The notes: generated by a model not told the origin, from the letters alone. Shown: positions 17,992-28,578, numbered from the stretch's first letter. The stretch is DNA of 64,000 bases from Candidatus Hydrogenedentota bacterium (GCA_020848835.1 JADLHJ010000061.1:29456-93455), one strand, 5' to 3'. Made by a program: numbers and translations.

Positions 17992-18825
17992 GTGGCGGAC
18001 GGGGTCCAGATTTTCGATTTGACCGGTAAAGTTGCAGTAATTACCGGGGGCGGCGGGGCGCTGGGCGGTGCGATTTCGTGCGGACTTGCGCGGGCGGGTG
18101 CGCAGATTGCCGTCACTAACGTGACGCTCGATAAGGCCGACTACGTTGCCGGGCAGATGCGCGAGACCTGCGGCCACGCGGTGGGGTATCAACTCGATAT
18201 TTCCAAGCCCGGCGCGATCGAGCAGTTTGCCGATGATGTGTACACCGAATTTGGCAAAGTGGATATTCTTGTGAATTGCGTCGGCGGCAATTTGAAGGAA
18301 GCAACCACGTCCCCAGAGTTATCCTTTTTCGATATCGCGCCCGACGCGATGCGTAATGTGATGGACCTAAACTTTTTGTCGGCAATCATTCGCCCGTGCC
18401 AGGTGTTCGGGAAGCGGATGGTGAACAACGAGAACGGCGGCTCAATTATCAACATATCCTCGATGGCGGCGAGCACGCCATTGACGCGCATCGTCGGGTA
18501 TAGCGCAGCGAAGGCGGCGGTGGACAATTTCACGAAATGGTTTGCGGTGTATCTCGCGCGCGAATGCAAATCGAAGCTGCGGGTGAATGCAATTGCGCCG
18601 GGCTTCTTTCTGACGGCGCAGAACCAGTTTTTGCTTACCAACGATCGCACCGGCGAATTGACCGAGCGCGGCAAGCAAATCATCGATCACACCCCGATGG
18701 GCGATTTCGGCATCAGCAACGATCTTATTGGCGCGGCGGTCTGGCTGGCATCAGATGCGGCGCGATTCGTCACGGGGACTATCGTGCCGGTAGACGGTGG
18801 GTTCTCTTCGTTCGCGGGAGTTTGA
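17992..18825 (+). CDS. Short-chain dehydrogenase/reductase (SDR) family oxidoreductase.
   Basis: GTG start at 17992 with AAGGAG RBS. TGGGGALGGA cofactor motif. SDR Ser...Y-x3-K active-site pattern in YSAAKAAVD. The ORF-track start at 17818 overlaps the neighbouring gene and is unlikely. Confidence 0.85.
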   Translation: MADGVQIFDLTGKVAVITGGGGALGGAISCGLARAGAQIAVTNVTLDKADYVAGQMRETCGHAVGYQLDISKPGAIEQFADDVYTEFGKVDILVNCVGGNLKEATTSPELSFFDIAPDAMRNVMDLNFLSAIIRPCQVFGKRMVNNENGGSIINISSMAASTPLTRIVGYSAAKAAVDNFTKWFAVYLARECKSKLRVNAIAPGFFLTAQNQFLLTNDRTGELTERGKQIIDHTPMGDFGISNDLIGAAVWLASDAARFVTGTIVPVDGGFSSFAGV

Positions 18826-18831
18826 TTCCGT

Positions 18832-19404
18832 TCAGCCACCACCCTGCCAGCGGTTGAGGCTCTCGATCGGGTAGATCAGATTGATGATGTTTAACGTGAG
18901 ATTGTCGCGAATGCACACGAGCGTAAATAGCTCAAATGCAACGACAAGCCCTACCGTCGCCCACGCGTAAGCCCGCCATGCAAACAGGAACCCGGCGATC
19001 ATGGCCAGGTTGTCGCACGTGGAATTCAGGATGCTGTCGCCGACGTATCCTTGCGCGAGCGCTTGCTTGCGATAATGGTTGATAACCATAGGCGTGTTCT
19101 CGAGGATTTCCCAGCCCGCCTCAAGGCCAACGGCAATTGCGAATCGCCAGGCCACCGGGATTTTGGGAAACACGAGCTTCAGCAGGCCGTAGAAGGCCAA
19201 CCCGTGAATGATGTGCGAGAAGGTATACCAATCGCTGATGTGCTGTGAATTGCCGGAGCTCTTTACAACGCCTTCCCACAGCTTCACGTACCCGCAGGTA
19301 CAGATTGGCGGCTGGCCGAAAAGGTAAAGCACGGTAACTTGGGTGAACAAAATGCCTGCGGCGACGTAAATCGCGGCCGGGATTTTCTTGAGTTGCGCTT
19401 GCAT
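18832..19404 (-). CDS. DUF2585/UPF0314-family inner membrane protein.
   Basis: CGYVKLWEGVV...SQHISDWYTFSHIIHG...IRDNLTLN matches my recollection of UPF0314 proteins. Start refined to MQAQLKK (19404). Confidence 0.55.
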   Translation of the reverse strand: MQAQLKKIPAAIYVAAGILFTQVTVLYLFGQPPICTCGYVKLWEGVVKSSGNSQHISDWYTFSHIIHGLAFYGLLKLVFPKIPVAWRFAIAVGLEAGWEILENTPMVINHYRKQALAQGYVGDSILNSTCDNLAMIAGFLFAWRAYAWATVGLVVAFELFTLVCIRDNLTLNIINLIYPIESLNRWQGGG

Positions 19405-19521
19405 CGGCGGAGTGTAGCAGCGGCGGTGCCAGGAAAGCGAAGCGCTACAGTTCGTGGTCTTTGATCTGTACAATAGCAGGTCGATTTAGTCAGTTAACCA
19501 ACGGAATTCTTGGGGGAGTCC

Positions 19522-20412
19522 ATGTCCGATCCAGTTGCCGCATTGAAGAACCATAAACCGTCGCACGAATTTCTGATCGCCATCGATTCGGACGGATGCG
19601 CGTTCGACACGATGGAAGTGAAGCACAAAGAGTGCTTTATTCCGAATATCATCAAGTATTGGGACTTGCAACCCATATCGAAATATGCGCGCGCGGCCGC
19701 GGAGTTTGTGAACCTGTACTCGAAATGGCGCGGTATCAATCGCTTTCCCGCGCTTGTGATGACGTTTGACCTGCTTAGCGAGTGGGACAAAGTGCAACAG
19801 CGCGGCTGGAAAGCGCCGGACATTCCGAACCTACGCAAGTGGGTGGACACGGAAACAAAGATGGGAAATCCGGTACTCGCAAAATACTGCGAGCAACACG
19901 ATCATGCGGATATGAACCGAACGCTGGCATGGAGCAAGGCGGTGAACGTGACGGTGGGGGAAATCGTGAAAGAGGGATTGCCGCCGTTTCCGTTTGTGCG
20001 CGAGTGTTTGCAAAAGGCGCAGGCCAAGGCGGACATGCTCGTGTGCTCTCAGACGCCGACGGAAGCGCTTCAGCGAGAATGGGAAGAACAGGGCATCGCG
20101 CAGTACGTATTTGCCATCGCCGGCCAAGAAATGGGAACGAAGACCGAGCACATTCGCTTCGCTTCCGAAGGGCGATATAAAAGCACAAACATACTGATGA
20201 TCGGGGACGCGCCCGGAGATATAAAAGCTGCGCGCGGAAACAAGGCTTTGTTTTTTCCTATCAACCCTGGTGAGGAAGAGACGTCGTGGCAGCGTCTGTA
20301 TGAGGAAGGACTCGACCGCTTCTTCAATGGCACCTATGCGGGCGAGTACGAGGCTGGCTTGGTCAAAGAATTTGAGAAGTTCTTGCCGGATTCCCCGCCG
20401 TGGAAGAGTTAA
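19522..20412 (+). CDS. HAD-superfamily hydrolase.
   Basis: Motif I IAIDSDGCAFDT (DxD) and motif IV MIGDAPGDIKAA. ATG at 19522 preceded by GGGGGAG. The TTG at 19510 is an alternative start. Confidence 0.7.
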   Translation: MSDPVAALKNHKPSHEFLIAIDSDGCAFDTMEVKHKECFIPNIIKYWDLQPISKYARAAAEFVNLYSKWRGINRFPALVMTFDLLSEWDKVQQRGWKAPDIPNLRKWVDTETKMGNPVLAKYCEQHDHADMNRTLAWSKAVNVTVGEIVKEGLPPFPFVRECLQKAQAKADMLVCSQTPTEALQREWEEQGIAQYVFAIAGQEMGTKTEHIRFASEGRYKSTNILMIGDAPGDIKAARGNKALFFPINPGEEETSWQRLYEEGLDRFFNGTYAGEYEAGLVKEFEKFLPDSPPWKS

Positions 20413-20430
20413 ATTGCTGCAAGTCACCCG

Positions 20431-20943
20431 ATGAGCCAGACTGTTCAGAACTATTCCAGGCACAAATTTGCCTTGCTCCTGTTAGGAGTCTTTTTGGGAT
20501 TGCTTGTGTCCCGAGTTGCCTGTCGAGATAGTAAGCCAGATTTTCTGCAAGATGGTCCGCTCATCGTGGAAAATTATTCAAATAAGGTATTGAATGACCT
20601 TTCATTGGTTGCCGACCGAGGATTTGTGCAAGTGGGGACGGTTTTGCCCGGCCAGACCATCATCGATCAGCGGGCCGTTTCATTAGGTGAAATCGATTAC
20701 CACCTTATCTATGTTGTGGATGGTGTGCCACATATTACGGGCCATCTCTACAATGGTGGAAGACTGACGGAGTTTCAAATGTATCATCGCTACGAACTCG
20801 CTGAGGATGATGTTACAAAGTGGAAAGTTGGGAACCGCAACAAAGTAGACGGTGGCGAAACTTCTTCAGAAGCGAAATTTGATGCGAGTATGAAATTGCC
20901 ATGTTGCACGCCGAAATTCCCGCCAACATTCCTGCTGAAATAA
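20431..20943 (+). CDS. Hypothetical membrane-anchored protein (170 aa).
   Basis: N-terminal TM FALLLLGVFLGLLVS. No known motif recognised. Confidence 0.45.
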   Translation: MSQTVQNYSRHKFALLLLGVFLGLLVSRVACRDSKPDFLQDGPLIVENYSNKVLNDLSLVADRGFVQVGTVLPGQTIIDQRAVSLGEIDYHLIYVVDGVPHITGHLYNGGRLTEFQMYHRYELAEDDVTKWKVGNRNKVDGGETSSEAKFDASMKLPCCTPKFPPTFLLK

Positions 20944-20957
20944 CCCATCGGAAAATT

Positions 20958-22100
20958 ATGAAAATAGTAGTAGACGAAAACATTCCTTACGGCCGCGAAG
21001 CCTTTGAATCTCTCGGCGAAGTTGTGTTGCGCCCAGGGCGCGCGATCTCGCCTGAGGACGTGCGCGATGCGGACATGCTCATGGTGCGGTCGATCACAAA
21101 AGTGAATGCGGCACTGTTGGATGGTTCGAGCGTTCGGTTTGTCGCTACGGCGACAATCGGTGTGGATCACCTCGATGAGCCGTATCTGCGTGAACGCGGG
21201 GTTGCCTATGCCAGCGCGCCGGGCTGCAACGCGAATAGCGTTGGAGAATATATCGTCGCGGCGCTGCTGGTGTTGGCGGAAACGCGCAAATTCAAGTTGA
21301 CCGACCGTAAACTGGGTATCATTGGTCATGGAAATGTTGGCAAGCGTGTTGAGCAAAAGGCGCGGGCGCTGGGGATGGATGTCGTTCTCCACGACCCGCC
21401 GCTTGCGCGCGCGACGCGAAGCATGCGCTACCGCCCGATGGAGGAAATCCTTGCATGTCCAATCATTACAACGCACGTGCCATTGACAAAGTCTGGACCC
21501 GACGCAACGCGGCACCTTCTCAATGAATCGTTCTTCGCGCGTTGCAAGACGGGCACCATTATTCTGAATACTTCGCGCGGCTCGGTGTGCGATGGCAATG
21601 CGCTGCGGGCGGCGCTGGAATCGGGTAAGGTTGGCGCCGCGGCGCTGGATGTTTGGGAAGGCGAACCAAACGTCGATCTTGAGCTGCTATCGAATTGCGC
21701 AATCGCGACGCCACACATTGCGGGTTATTCCTTCGACGGGAAGGTAAACGGCACGCGGCAAATCTACGAAGCAGCTTGCGCATTTCTTGGAACTCCAGCC
21801 ACGTGGGATCCCGCGCCGCTACTGCCTGAACCCGAGGTTCCCGAGGTGCACGCGGACGGCAATTCGGAATCGGTCCAATCCGAACTCGCGGCCAAGGTAC
21901 GAGACGTCTACGACATTACCGCCGACGATAATCACATGCGGGCGCTATTGGCACTACCGGTGGAAGCGCGTGGTTCCCACTTCGATCGGCTACGCAAGGA
22001 GTATCCTCGCAGACGTGAATTTCATAACACGCGCGCGGTTGTGTGGCCCAGCAATGTCGCGTTGTCGGAAGCATTCCGAAATTTGGAATTCCGCCCGTAA
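20958..22100 (+). CDS. pdxB: Erythronate-4-phosphate dehydrogenase.
   Basis: MKIVVDENIPYGREAFESLGEVV...MVRSITKVNAALL...GIIGHGNVGKRV...VWEGEP...HIAGYS aligns closely along its length with E. coli PdxB (MKILVDENMPYARDLF...). Confidence 0.85.
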   Translation: MKIVVDENIPYGREAFESLGEVVLRPGRAISPEDVRDADMLMVRSITKVNAALLDGSSVRFVATATIGVDHLDEPYLRERGVAYASAPGCNANSVGEYIVAALLVLAETRKFKLTDRKLGIIGHGNVGKRVEQKARALGMDVVLHDPPLARATRSMRYRPMEEILACPIITTHVPLTKSGPDATRHLLNESFFARCKTGTIILNTSRGSVCDGNALRAALESGKVGAAALDVWEGEPNVDLELLSNCAIATPHIAGYSFDGKVNGTRQIYEAACAFLGTPATWDPAPLLPEPEVPEVHADGNSESVQSELAAKVRDVYDITADDNHMRALLALPVEARGSHFDRLRKEYPRRREFHNTRAVVWPSNVALSEAFRNLEFRP

Positions 22101-22168
22101 TTCGGCCGTGTGCCCAGCCTGCACACAATCGCTATACTGATCATCAATTACCTCTTGCGAGACCATTG

Positions 22169-22540
22169 ATGAATCGCGTGACACATTTTGAAATTGCGGC
22201 TGCCAATCCTGAAAAGGCGGCGCAATTCTATCGTGAAGTGTTCGGCTGGAACGTCGCGGGCTGGCCTGGCGACGATGAGTATTGGACTCTGACAACCGGG
22301 CCGGAAACCGAAGAAGGCATCGATGGCGGCGTTTATGGCAAGAAAAATGATGCTCAGCAGCCGGTAACGGTGTCCGTGTCGGTGAATTCGATTGATGACT
22401 ACGTCGCTCGCGTGATCGCACGCGGCGGAAGGGTCGTAGTGCCGAAGCGCGAGATATCGGGAGTGGGCTGGCTCGCGTATTGTTGTGATTGCGATGGCGT
22501 CGTATTTTGCCTCCATCAAGAAAATCTAGTCGCGGAATAA
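22169..22540 (+). CDS. VOC/glyoxalase-family protein.
   Basis: MNRVTHFEI...AAQFYREVFGW, a typical glyoxalase/bleomycin-resistance fold N-terminus. ATG at 22169. Confidence 0.65.
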   Translation: MNRVTHFEIAAANPEKAAQFYREVFGWNVAGWPGDDEYWTLTTGPETEEGIDGGVYGKKNDAQQPVTVSVSVNSIDDYVARVIARGGRVVVPKREISGVGWLAYCCDCDGVVFCLHQENLVAE

Positions 22541-22557
22541 CAGGATTACAGGCTGAC

Positions 22558-23817
22558 ATGTTGAAGTTAGTTCATGAAGAGGCGCCTTTAACACCAGAGC
22601 AGCTTTCGGAATTTGTGCAACGCGCTTTCGAAGGCGAGCAGGTTGACGGCAAACGCGTGTTGTTTATCATTCCCGATTCCACGCGCAGCATGCCGATGCC
22701 TGCAATGTTTCGGGCGTTGTTCGATACGCTCCGGGTGCGGGTAGCGAAGATGGATTATCTCATCGCGCTGGGTACGCATCCGCCCATGCCGGATGATGCG
22801 ACTAATAAGATGCTCGGTATCACCGGGCAGGAGCGCAATGGCGTTTACCGCGACGTGGGTGTTTTTAATCACGATTGGAAGAATCCCGCAATGCTCGCGC
22901 GCATTGGCGATCTCAGTGCAGACCAGTTGGCAGAGATTTCCGGCGGGCGCTTGCGCGAGACTGTCCCTGTCACGATTAACAAACGCGTGCTGGACTACGA
23001 TTTTGTCTGCATTGTCGGCCCGGTTTTTCCTCATGAAGTTGTCGGATTCAGCGGTGGTAACAAATATTTCTTCCCGGGAATCGCAGGCGAAGAATTGCTC
23101 AACGTGTTTCACTGGCTCGGCGCGCTGATCACCAATCCGATAATCAATGGCGCGAAATATACTCCCGTGCGTGCGGTGGTCGATGCGGCTGCTTCGTTGA
23201 TTAGGACCGAGAAGCGCTGCTTTTGCCTCAATGTCATGGGCAAAGATTGCAAAGCAATTTATTATGGCGCCCCAGAGGAGGCATGGTCTGCTGCTGCCGA
23301 CCTTTCCGCGAAGACGCACATCGTATATAAAGAGAAGCCGTTTAAGAGCGTCCTCGCGATGGCGCCGGAGATGTACGACGAGATTTGGGTGGCGGGCAAG
23401 TGCATGTACAAGCTGGAACCCGTGGTTGCGGACGGCGGAGAGCTGATCATTTATGGACCGCACATTGAAGAAGTCAGCGTTACCCATGGTGATTTGATAA
23501 AACGCATCGGCTACCACACGCGCGATTATTTCCTCGCGCAGATGGACAAGTTTGCCGATATTCCTGGGGGAATCCTTGCGCATTCCACGCACGTGCGTGG
23601 TATTGGCGCTTATGAAGACGGCGTGGAGAAGTGCCGCGTGCAGGTTACGCTTGCCACCTCCATCCCCGAAGAGGAATGCCGGGCGATAAACCTTGGTTAT
23701 CGCGATTGGCGCAGTATAGAGCCAGAGAAATGGCGTAATCGTGAGGACGAAGGATATCTGCTTGTCGAGCGGGCGGGTGAGGTTCTTTACAAATTGGCAA
23801 ATTCGATCGGCGTATAA
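22558..23817 (+). CDS. LarA-like (lactate racemase family, DUF2088 N-terminal domain) protein.
   Basis: LIALGTHPPMPDD (GTH motif) and ~420-aa length. No larBCE genes nearby, so substrate is unknown. Confidence 0.6.
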   Translation: MLKLVHEEAPLTPEQLSEFVQRAFEGEQVDGKRVLFIIPDSTRSMPMPAMFRALFDTLRVRVAKMDYLIALGTHPPMPDDATNKMLGITGQERNGVYRDVGVFNHDWKNPAMLARIGDLSADQLAEISGGRLRETVPVTINKRVLDYDFVCIVGPVFPHEVVGFSGGNKYFFPGIAGEELLNVFHWLGALITNPIINGAKYTPVRAVVDAAASLIRTEKRCFCLNVMGKDCKAIYYGAPEEAWSAAADLSAKTHIVYKEKPFKSVLAMAPEMYDEIWVAGKCMYKLEPVVADGGELIIYGPHIEEVSVTHGDLIKRIGYHTRDYFLAQMDKFADIPGGILAHSTHVRGIGAYEDGVEKCRVQVTLATSIPEEECRAINLGYRDWRSIEPEKWRNREDEGYLLVERAGEVLYKLANSIGV

Positions 23818-23855
23818 CCATTCGTCGCGGAAGCAAAGTAAAAGGTTGACCATCC

Positions 23856-24668
23856 ATGGATTGGCGAACACATATAACATTATTTGAGGACGCGGATACG
23901 GCATGCCTCGTGTTTCGTTCTACAGGCTTGCCGGTGGGGGATGTTTTACATTCAGCATCACAATCCAACCCGCCATCGATCGGCAGCATTACTCCCGACG
24001 ATTTGCAGGCGAGTTTGTCGCTGGCCGCTGAACTGATCGCATCGGCCGCGTACTTTCCGCATATACGCCAGGCGGCGCTGCAATTTGATGAGGGAGAAGA
24101 AGAGCAAGCAGTCCGCGCGTGTTTCGAGAATTATCGCAGCGCTGTGAATGAGAGCGACGGCGCGACGGCCACTTCCATTGTCAGCGCCAACACCTTAAAA
24201 CGATACGATGAAAATGCAAACCACGCGAAGCATTCGGACCGGGCGACGATCCAACTCTTGCCCTTAATCGATCAACTGACAATTCTGATGAGCCGATGCA
24301 AGATTTCAGCTTCCGAACTGGCAAATATTTCTGGCGGGGGATTGTTCGCTACGGCGGTCTCGGCGGGTTGGGTGAGCAAGAACGCGCTCTACGGGCTGAA
24401 TCTGGGAAGAATTGAAATCAAAGGTACTCGGGCAGAGGCTGAAGGAATCATCAACGGACGCGTCACGCCGGCGCCGCAAGTTTTTGTGTTCGAGGACGAA
24501 GATTGGAAGTACGATCTGGTGGCGACCTTTGACACGATTGAAGACGCATTGAGCCAGCTTGCGGCCCGGAACGAATTGTCTGCGCAGGAACTCGTCTTTA
24601 GCATGATCGAAAGTAACCTGGGCGAAGCGCCAAGTGAATCGATTTGGAATCCGCCCCACCCGCATTAG
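23856..24668 (+). CDS. Hypothetical protein (270 aa).
   Basis: ORF with consistent codon usage; no motif recognised. Confidence 0.45.
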   Translation: MDWRTHITLFEDADTACLVFRSTGLPVGDVLHSASQSNPPSIGSITPDDLQASLSLAAELIASAAYFPHIRQAALQFDEGEEEQAVRACFENYRSAVNESDGATATSIVSANTLKRYDENANHAKHSDRATIQLLPLIDQLTILMSRCKISASELANISGGGLFATAVSAGWVSKNALYGLNLGRIEIKGTRAEAEGIINGRVTPAPQVFVFEDEDWKYDLVATFDTIEDALSQLAARNELSAQELVFSMIESNLGEAPSESIWNPPHPH

Positions 24669-24793
24669 TCCGAGATTTGACGCATCTCCCGCGACGAACT
24701 TTCCGGCAAATACTTGGATAGCCCAATCCATTCAATTATTATTTCTGGCCTACGTTTTGAAGTTTTTGCCGAATCCAATTGCTTGGGGGAAGA

Positions 24794-26083
24794 ATGCCGA
24801 AGAATGTAATCGTGGCCCAGTCGGGCGGGCCGAGTCCGGTCATTAACAGTTCACTGCGCGGGATTATCGATACCTGCAAGATGTTCCCTGATAAGTTTGG
24901 GAAGATTTACGCGGGGTGGCACGGTATTGAGGGCGTCCTGAAGGAAGAATTGCTCGATATTTCGGCACAGACCGAAGAAGAGATCGCGCTGCTGCGCTAC
25001 ACGCCGGCGGCGGGATCGATTGGCACGTGTCGATACAAATTGAAAGCGAAGCAGACGGAAGATTTTGCGCGCGTCATCGAGGTGATGAAAGCGCACAACA
25101 TCGGCTATTTCTTCTACACCGGCGGAAACGATTCGATGGACACCTGTCACAAGGTGTCTGTGCTGGCGCATGAAAAGGGACTCGATCTCGTCGCTGTCGG
25201 CGTGCCGAAGACCATCGACAACGACGTCGGCGATTCGGAATTCAAGCTCATCGATCATACGCCGGGCTACGGAAGCGTGGCGCGGTATTGGATGGCGATG
25301 GTGCAAAATGCGAATGAGGAAAACGGCGGGTCGTGTCCTGCCGATCCGGTACTCGTGTTGCAGGCGATGGGGCGCAAGATTGGGTACATTCCCGCGGCGG
25401 CGCGTCTCGCTGATCCGAATCGCGAATTGCCCCTGCAGATTTATATGGCGGAGTCCGGCGTGACCGCGGAGGAAATGTGCGATCGCATCAACGATCAATT
25501 AAAGAAGGATGGACGTTGCATCGTTGTCGTGAGTGAAGGGTTTGAGTTGGGCACGGAAGGCGGCGAAGTGCTCGATAGTTTCGGACACAAGGTATATGGC
25601 TCCGCAAAGATGAGCGTGCAGGCGCAGGTCGTAGCGATGCTCAACGACAATGGCCTGCCCGTACCCGGATCGGCGCGCGGGCAAGTTTCTGGAACCGATC
25701 AACGAATGACTGCAGCATATGCGTCGATTGTCGATCTGGACGAAGCATACAAAGTTGGACAGAAGGCGGCGCTAATCGCGGAGTCCGGCGAAAACGGTTG
25801 GATGGCGACGATTCTGCGCAAGCCCGGTGTCATCTATAACGTGTACTACGACAAGGTGCCGCTGGAAAAGGTCGCGAATTCTGAACGCACGTTTCCCAAG
25901 GAATGGATCTCACCGAACAAGATCGACGTCGCCGATGACTTTGTGCGTTATGCCAAACCCCTTATCGGAGAAGACTGGGCCAGCGTACCGGTCATCAACG
26001 GCCGCCAGCGTTTCACACAATTTAGACCTGTGTTTGCGGATAAAAAATTGCCCGCGTACACCTTGGAGGCGTTGAAAAAATAG
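24794..26083 (+). CDS. pfk: 6-phosphofructokinase, probably pyrophosphate-dependent.
   Basis: GGNDS and PKTIDND motifs. Lys replaces the Gly of ATP-PFK PGTIDND, as in PPi-PFKs. MPKNVIVAQSGGPSPVIN N-terminus. Confidence 0.8.
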   Translation: MPKNVIVAQSGGPSPVINSSLRGIIDTCKMFPDKFGKIYAGWHGIEGVLKEELLDISAQTEEEIALLRYTPAAGSIGTCRYKLKAKQTEDFARVIEVMKAHNIGYFFYTGGNDSMDTCHKVSVLAHEKGLDLVAVGVPKTIDNDVGDSEFKLIDHTPGYGSVARYWMAMVQNANEENGGSCPADPVLVLQAMGRKIGYIPAAARLADPNRELPLQIYMAESGVTAEEMCDRINDQLKKDGRCIVVVSEGFELGTEGGEVLDSFGHKVYGSAKMSVQAQVVAMLNDNGLPVPGSARGQVSGTDQRMTAAYASIVDLDEAYKVGQKAALIAESGENGWMATILRKPGVIYNVYYDKVPLEKVANSERTFPKEWISPNKIDVADDFVRYAKPLIGEDWASVPVINGRQRFTQFRPVFADKKLPAYTLEALKK

Positions 26084-26138
26084 GATTTGGCCGTCCACAG
26101 GTTTCAATGATGATTCAGACGAAAGCCGTTTTTAATTG

Positions 26139-26162
26139 TCTGTGTAATCTGTGTAATCTGTG
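26139..26162. repeat. Tandem direct repeat CTGTGTAAT x2 plus partial CTGTGG copy in the gnd promoter region, flanked by a 9-bp inverted repeat CGTCCACAG (26091)...CTGTGGACG (26157).
   Basis: Read directly: ...aattgtCTGTGTAATCTGTGTAATCTGTGGACGaatt... Confidence 0.5.
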
Positions 26163-26195
26163 GACGAATTTTATTTAAAACGGAAGGACGGCACT

Positions 26196-27644
26196 ATGTC
26201 GCAAGCGGATATTGGCCTCATTGGCTTGGCGGTGATGGGGGAGAACCTCGTACTCAACATGGAGAGCAAAGGTTTCACGGTCGCGGTGTTCAACCGCACA
26301 GTTTCGAAAGTTGATGACTTTCTCAATGGCCGCGGAAAGGGCAAGAAGTTTGTCGGGGCGCACAGCATTGAAGAGTTCTGCAAGAGTCTGAAGCGTCCGC
26401 GCAAGGTGATGATGCTGGTGAAGGCCGGCAAGGCGGTGGACGATTTCATCGAGCTACTTCTGCCGCACCTCGAACCTGGCGACATCATCATCGATGGTGG
26501 TAACTCGCATTTCCCGGACACGGTTCGTCGCGTGAAGTTAGTTGAGAGTAAGGGCTTGCTTTACGTCGGCACAGGCGTTTCGGGTGGTGAAGAAGGCGCG
26601 TTGAAGGGGCCATCGATCATGCCGGGTGGATCGCCTGCGGCGTGGGAACACGTAAAGCCGATTTTCCAAAGTATTGCGGCAAAGACCGATAAAGGCGAGC
26701 CTTGTTGTGACTGGGTCGGTGAAGGCGGTTCGGGCCACTTCGTAAAGATGGTGCATAACGGCATTGAGTACGGTGACATGCAGATGATTTGCGAGACCTA
26801 TCATCTCATGCATCATGGACTCGGACTGTCAAACGATGAAATGCACGACGTTTTTGCGGAATGGAACAAAGGCGAACTCGATTCATACCTGATTGAAATC
26901 ACGCGCGATATTCTCGCGCACAAGGAAGATGGACGCCACACCGTTGATATTATTCTTGATACGGCTGGCCAGAAGGGCACGGGCAAATGGACCGTTGTGG
27001 AGGCGCTCGATCATGGTCAGCCGCTGACATTGATTTCCGAAGCAGTGTTTGCGCGCTGTCTTTCGGCGATTAAAGAAGAGCGCGTGGCCGCGGCGAAGAT
27101 ATTGCACCCGCACATCGCGCAGTTTGCGGGGGATAAGAAACAGTTTGTGGAAGACCTGAAGTACGCGCTTTACGCGTCAAAAATCGTGAGCTACGCGCAG
27201 GGGTATCAGCTCATGCGCGCGGCTGCGAAAGAGTACGGTTGGAACCTCAACTACGGTGGCATCGCGCTCATGTGGCGCGGCGGCTGCATTATTCGCTCGG
27301 CATTCCTTGGCAAAATTAAGGAAGCCTTCGACAAAGACCCAGGATTGGTAAACCTCCTGCTCGATCCGTTCTTCACCGATGCCGTGACCAAGGCGCAGCC
27401 CTCATGGCGACGTGTCATCAGCACGGCGGTGAATGTTGGCATTCCAGTGCCGGCGTTGGGCAGCGCCCTCGCATACTTCGACGGCTATCGCACGGGGCGC
27501 TTGCCTGCCAATCTGTTGCAAGCACAGCGCGATTATTTTGGCGCGCATACCTACGAACGCGTGGACAAACCGCGCGGCGAGTTCTTCCACACCAACTGGA
27601 CAGGTCGCGGCGGCACAACGAGCTCGACTTCGTACGTGGTGTAA
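26196..27644 (+). CDS. gnd: 6-phosphogluconate dehydrogenase (decarboxylating).
   Basis: [21 protein letters not shown]...IIDGGNS... classic Gnd motifs. ATG at 26196 with GGAAGGA RBS. Confidence 0.9.
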   Translation: MSQADIGLIGLAVMGENLVLNMESKGFTVAVFNRTVSKVDDFLNGRGKGKKFVGAHSIEEFCKSLKRPRKVMMLVKAGKAVDDFIELLLPHLEPGDIIIDGGNSHFPDTVRRVKLVESKGLLYVGTGVSGGEEGALKGPSIMPGGSPAAWEHVKPIFQSIAAKTDKGEPCCDWVGEGGSGHFVKMVHNGIEYGDMQMICETYHLMHHGLGLSNDEMHDVFAEWNKGELDSYLIEITRDILAHKEDGRHTVDIILDTAGQKGTGKWTVVEALDHGQPLTLISEAVFARCLSAIKEERVAAAKILHPHIAQFAGDKKQFVEDLKYALYASKIVSYAQGYQLMRAAAKEYGWNLNYGGIALMWRGGCIIRSAFLGKIKEAFDKDPGLVNLLLDPFFTDAVTKAQPSWRRVISTAVNVGIPVPALGSALAYFDGYRTGRLPANLLQAQRDYFGAHTYERVDKPRGEFFHTNWTGRGGTTSSTSYVV

Positions 27645-27647
27645 CAA

Positions 27648-28556
27648 ATGAACGGATCGATTCAAGACTACGCACGCGTAGGTATTGTTCATTTCATGGC
27701 ATACCCCGCCTGCGCTGGCGGCGAAGGGCCAATCCTGGAGAGCATCGAGCGCATTGCCAATGACCCTTATTTCGATGTCATAGAGTTGACGCGCGTAAAA
27801 GACGATGCACAGCGGTCAGCAGTCCGCTCAATCGCCGAACAAGCAAAAGTCGACTTGTACTTTGGCGCTCAGCCAATCTTGTTGGGCGGTGGGCTTGACC
27901 TAAATCACGCTGATAGTTCGGAACGACAGAAGGCGATCGACGCTGTGAAGGCTGGGATAGATCAAGCGTTTGCGCTGGGGTGCAAAGGCGTCGCCGTACT
28001 CAGCGGGAAAGTCTCCGCAGATAAAGAAGCAGCGACGCAGCGCTTAGTGAATTCATTGAGGGAACTGGCAGCGTACGCGCGGAGCAAGGGTATGCCGCTC
28101 GTTATGGAGACATTCGATCAGGTGCCGTTCGGCAAAAACTGCTTGATCGGACCGAATGCCGATGCTGTCGCGGTGTCGAAAGAAGTCCGGAAGGAATTTC
28201 CTGATTTCGGCATCATGCTCGATCTAAGCCATCTGCCCCTGCAATACGAAGAATCCGCGCCCGCCATAAAGCTTGCGGGCGAGCATCTGGTCCACGCGCA
28301 CATCGGAAACTGCGCCATGGATGACGCATCGCACCCAGCGTATGGCGACAACCACCCGCGCTTCGGCGCGCCGGGCACGTGCAACGACGTGAAGGAACTG
28401 ACCGAATACCTTCGCGCACTGTTGGACAACGGATACCTATCGACGACGAACCGCCGCGTGTTGAGCTTTGAAGTGAAACCGATGGCCGGTGAAGATTCGG
28501 AAGCGATTATCGCTGGATCGAAACGGACATTAGATCAGGCATGGAGGATACTTTAG
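27648..28556 (+). CDS. Sugar phosphate isomerase/epimerase (xylose isomerase-like TIM barrel).
   Basis: TIM-barrel AP-endo-2-like sequence. Only 3 nt downstream of gnd. Confidence 0.7.
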   Translation: MNGSIQDYARVGIVHFMAYPACAGGEGPILESIERIANDPYFDVIELTRVKDDAQRSAVRSIAEQAKVDLYFGAQPILLGGGLDLNHADSSERQKAIDAVKAGIDQAFALGCKGVAVLSGKVSADKEAATQRLVNSLRELAAYARSKGMPLVMETFDQVPFGKNCLIGPNADAVAVSKEVRKEFPDFGIMLDLSHLPLQYEESAPAIKLAGEHLVHAHIGNCAMDDASHPAYGDNHPRFGAPGTCNDVKELTEYLRALLDNGYLSTTNRRVLSFEVKPMAGEDSEAIIAGSKRTLDQAWRIL

Positions 28557-28578
28557 GAAGAGGAATTATCCCAGTTAA

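Noticed and set aside
22588-23904. 438-aa minus-strand ORF
   Set aside because: Antisense to the LarA-like gene, which has the conserved GTH motif.
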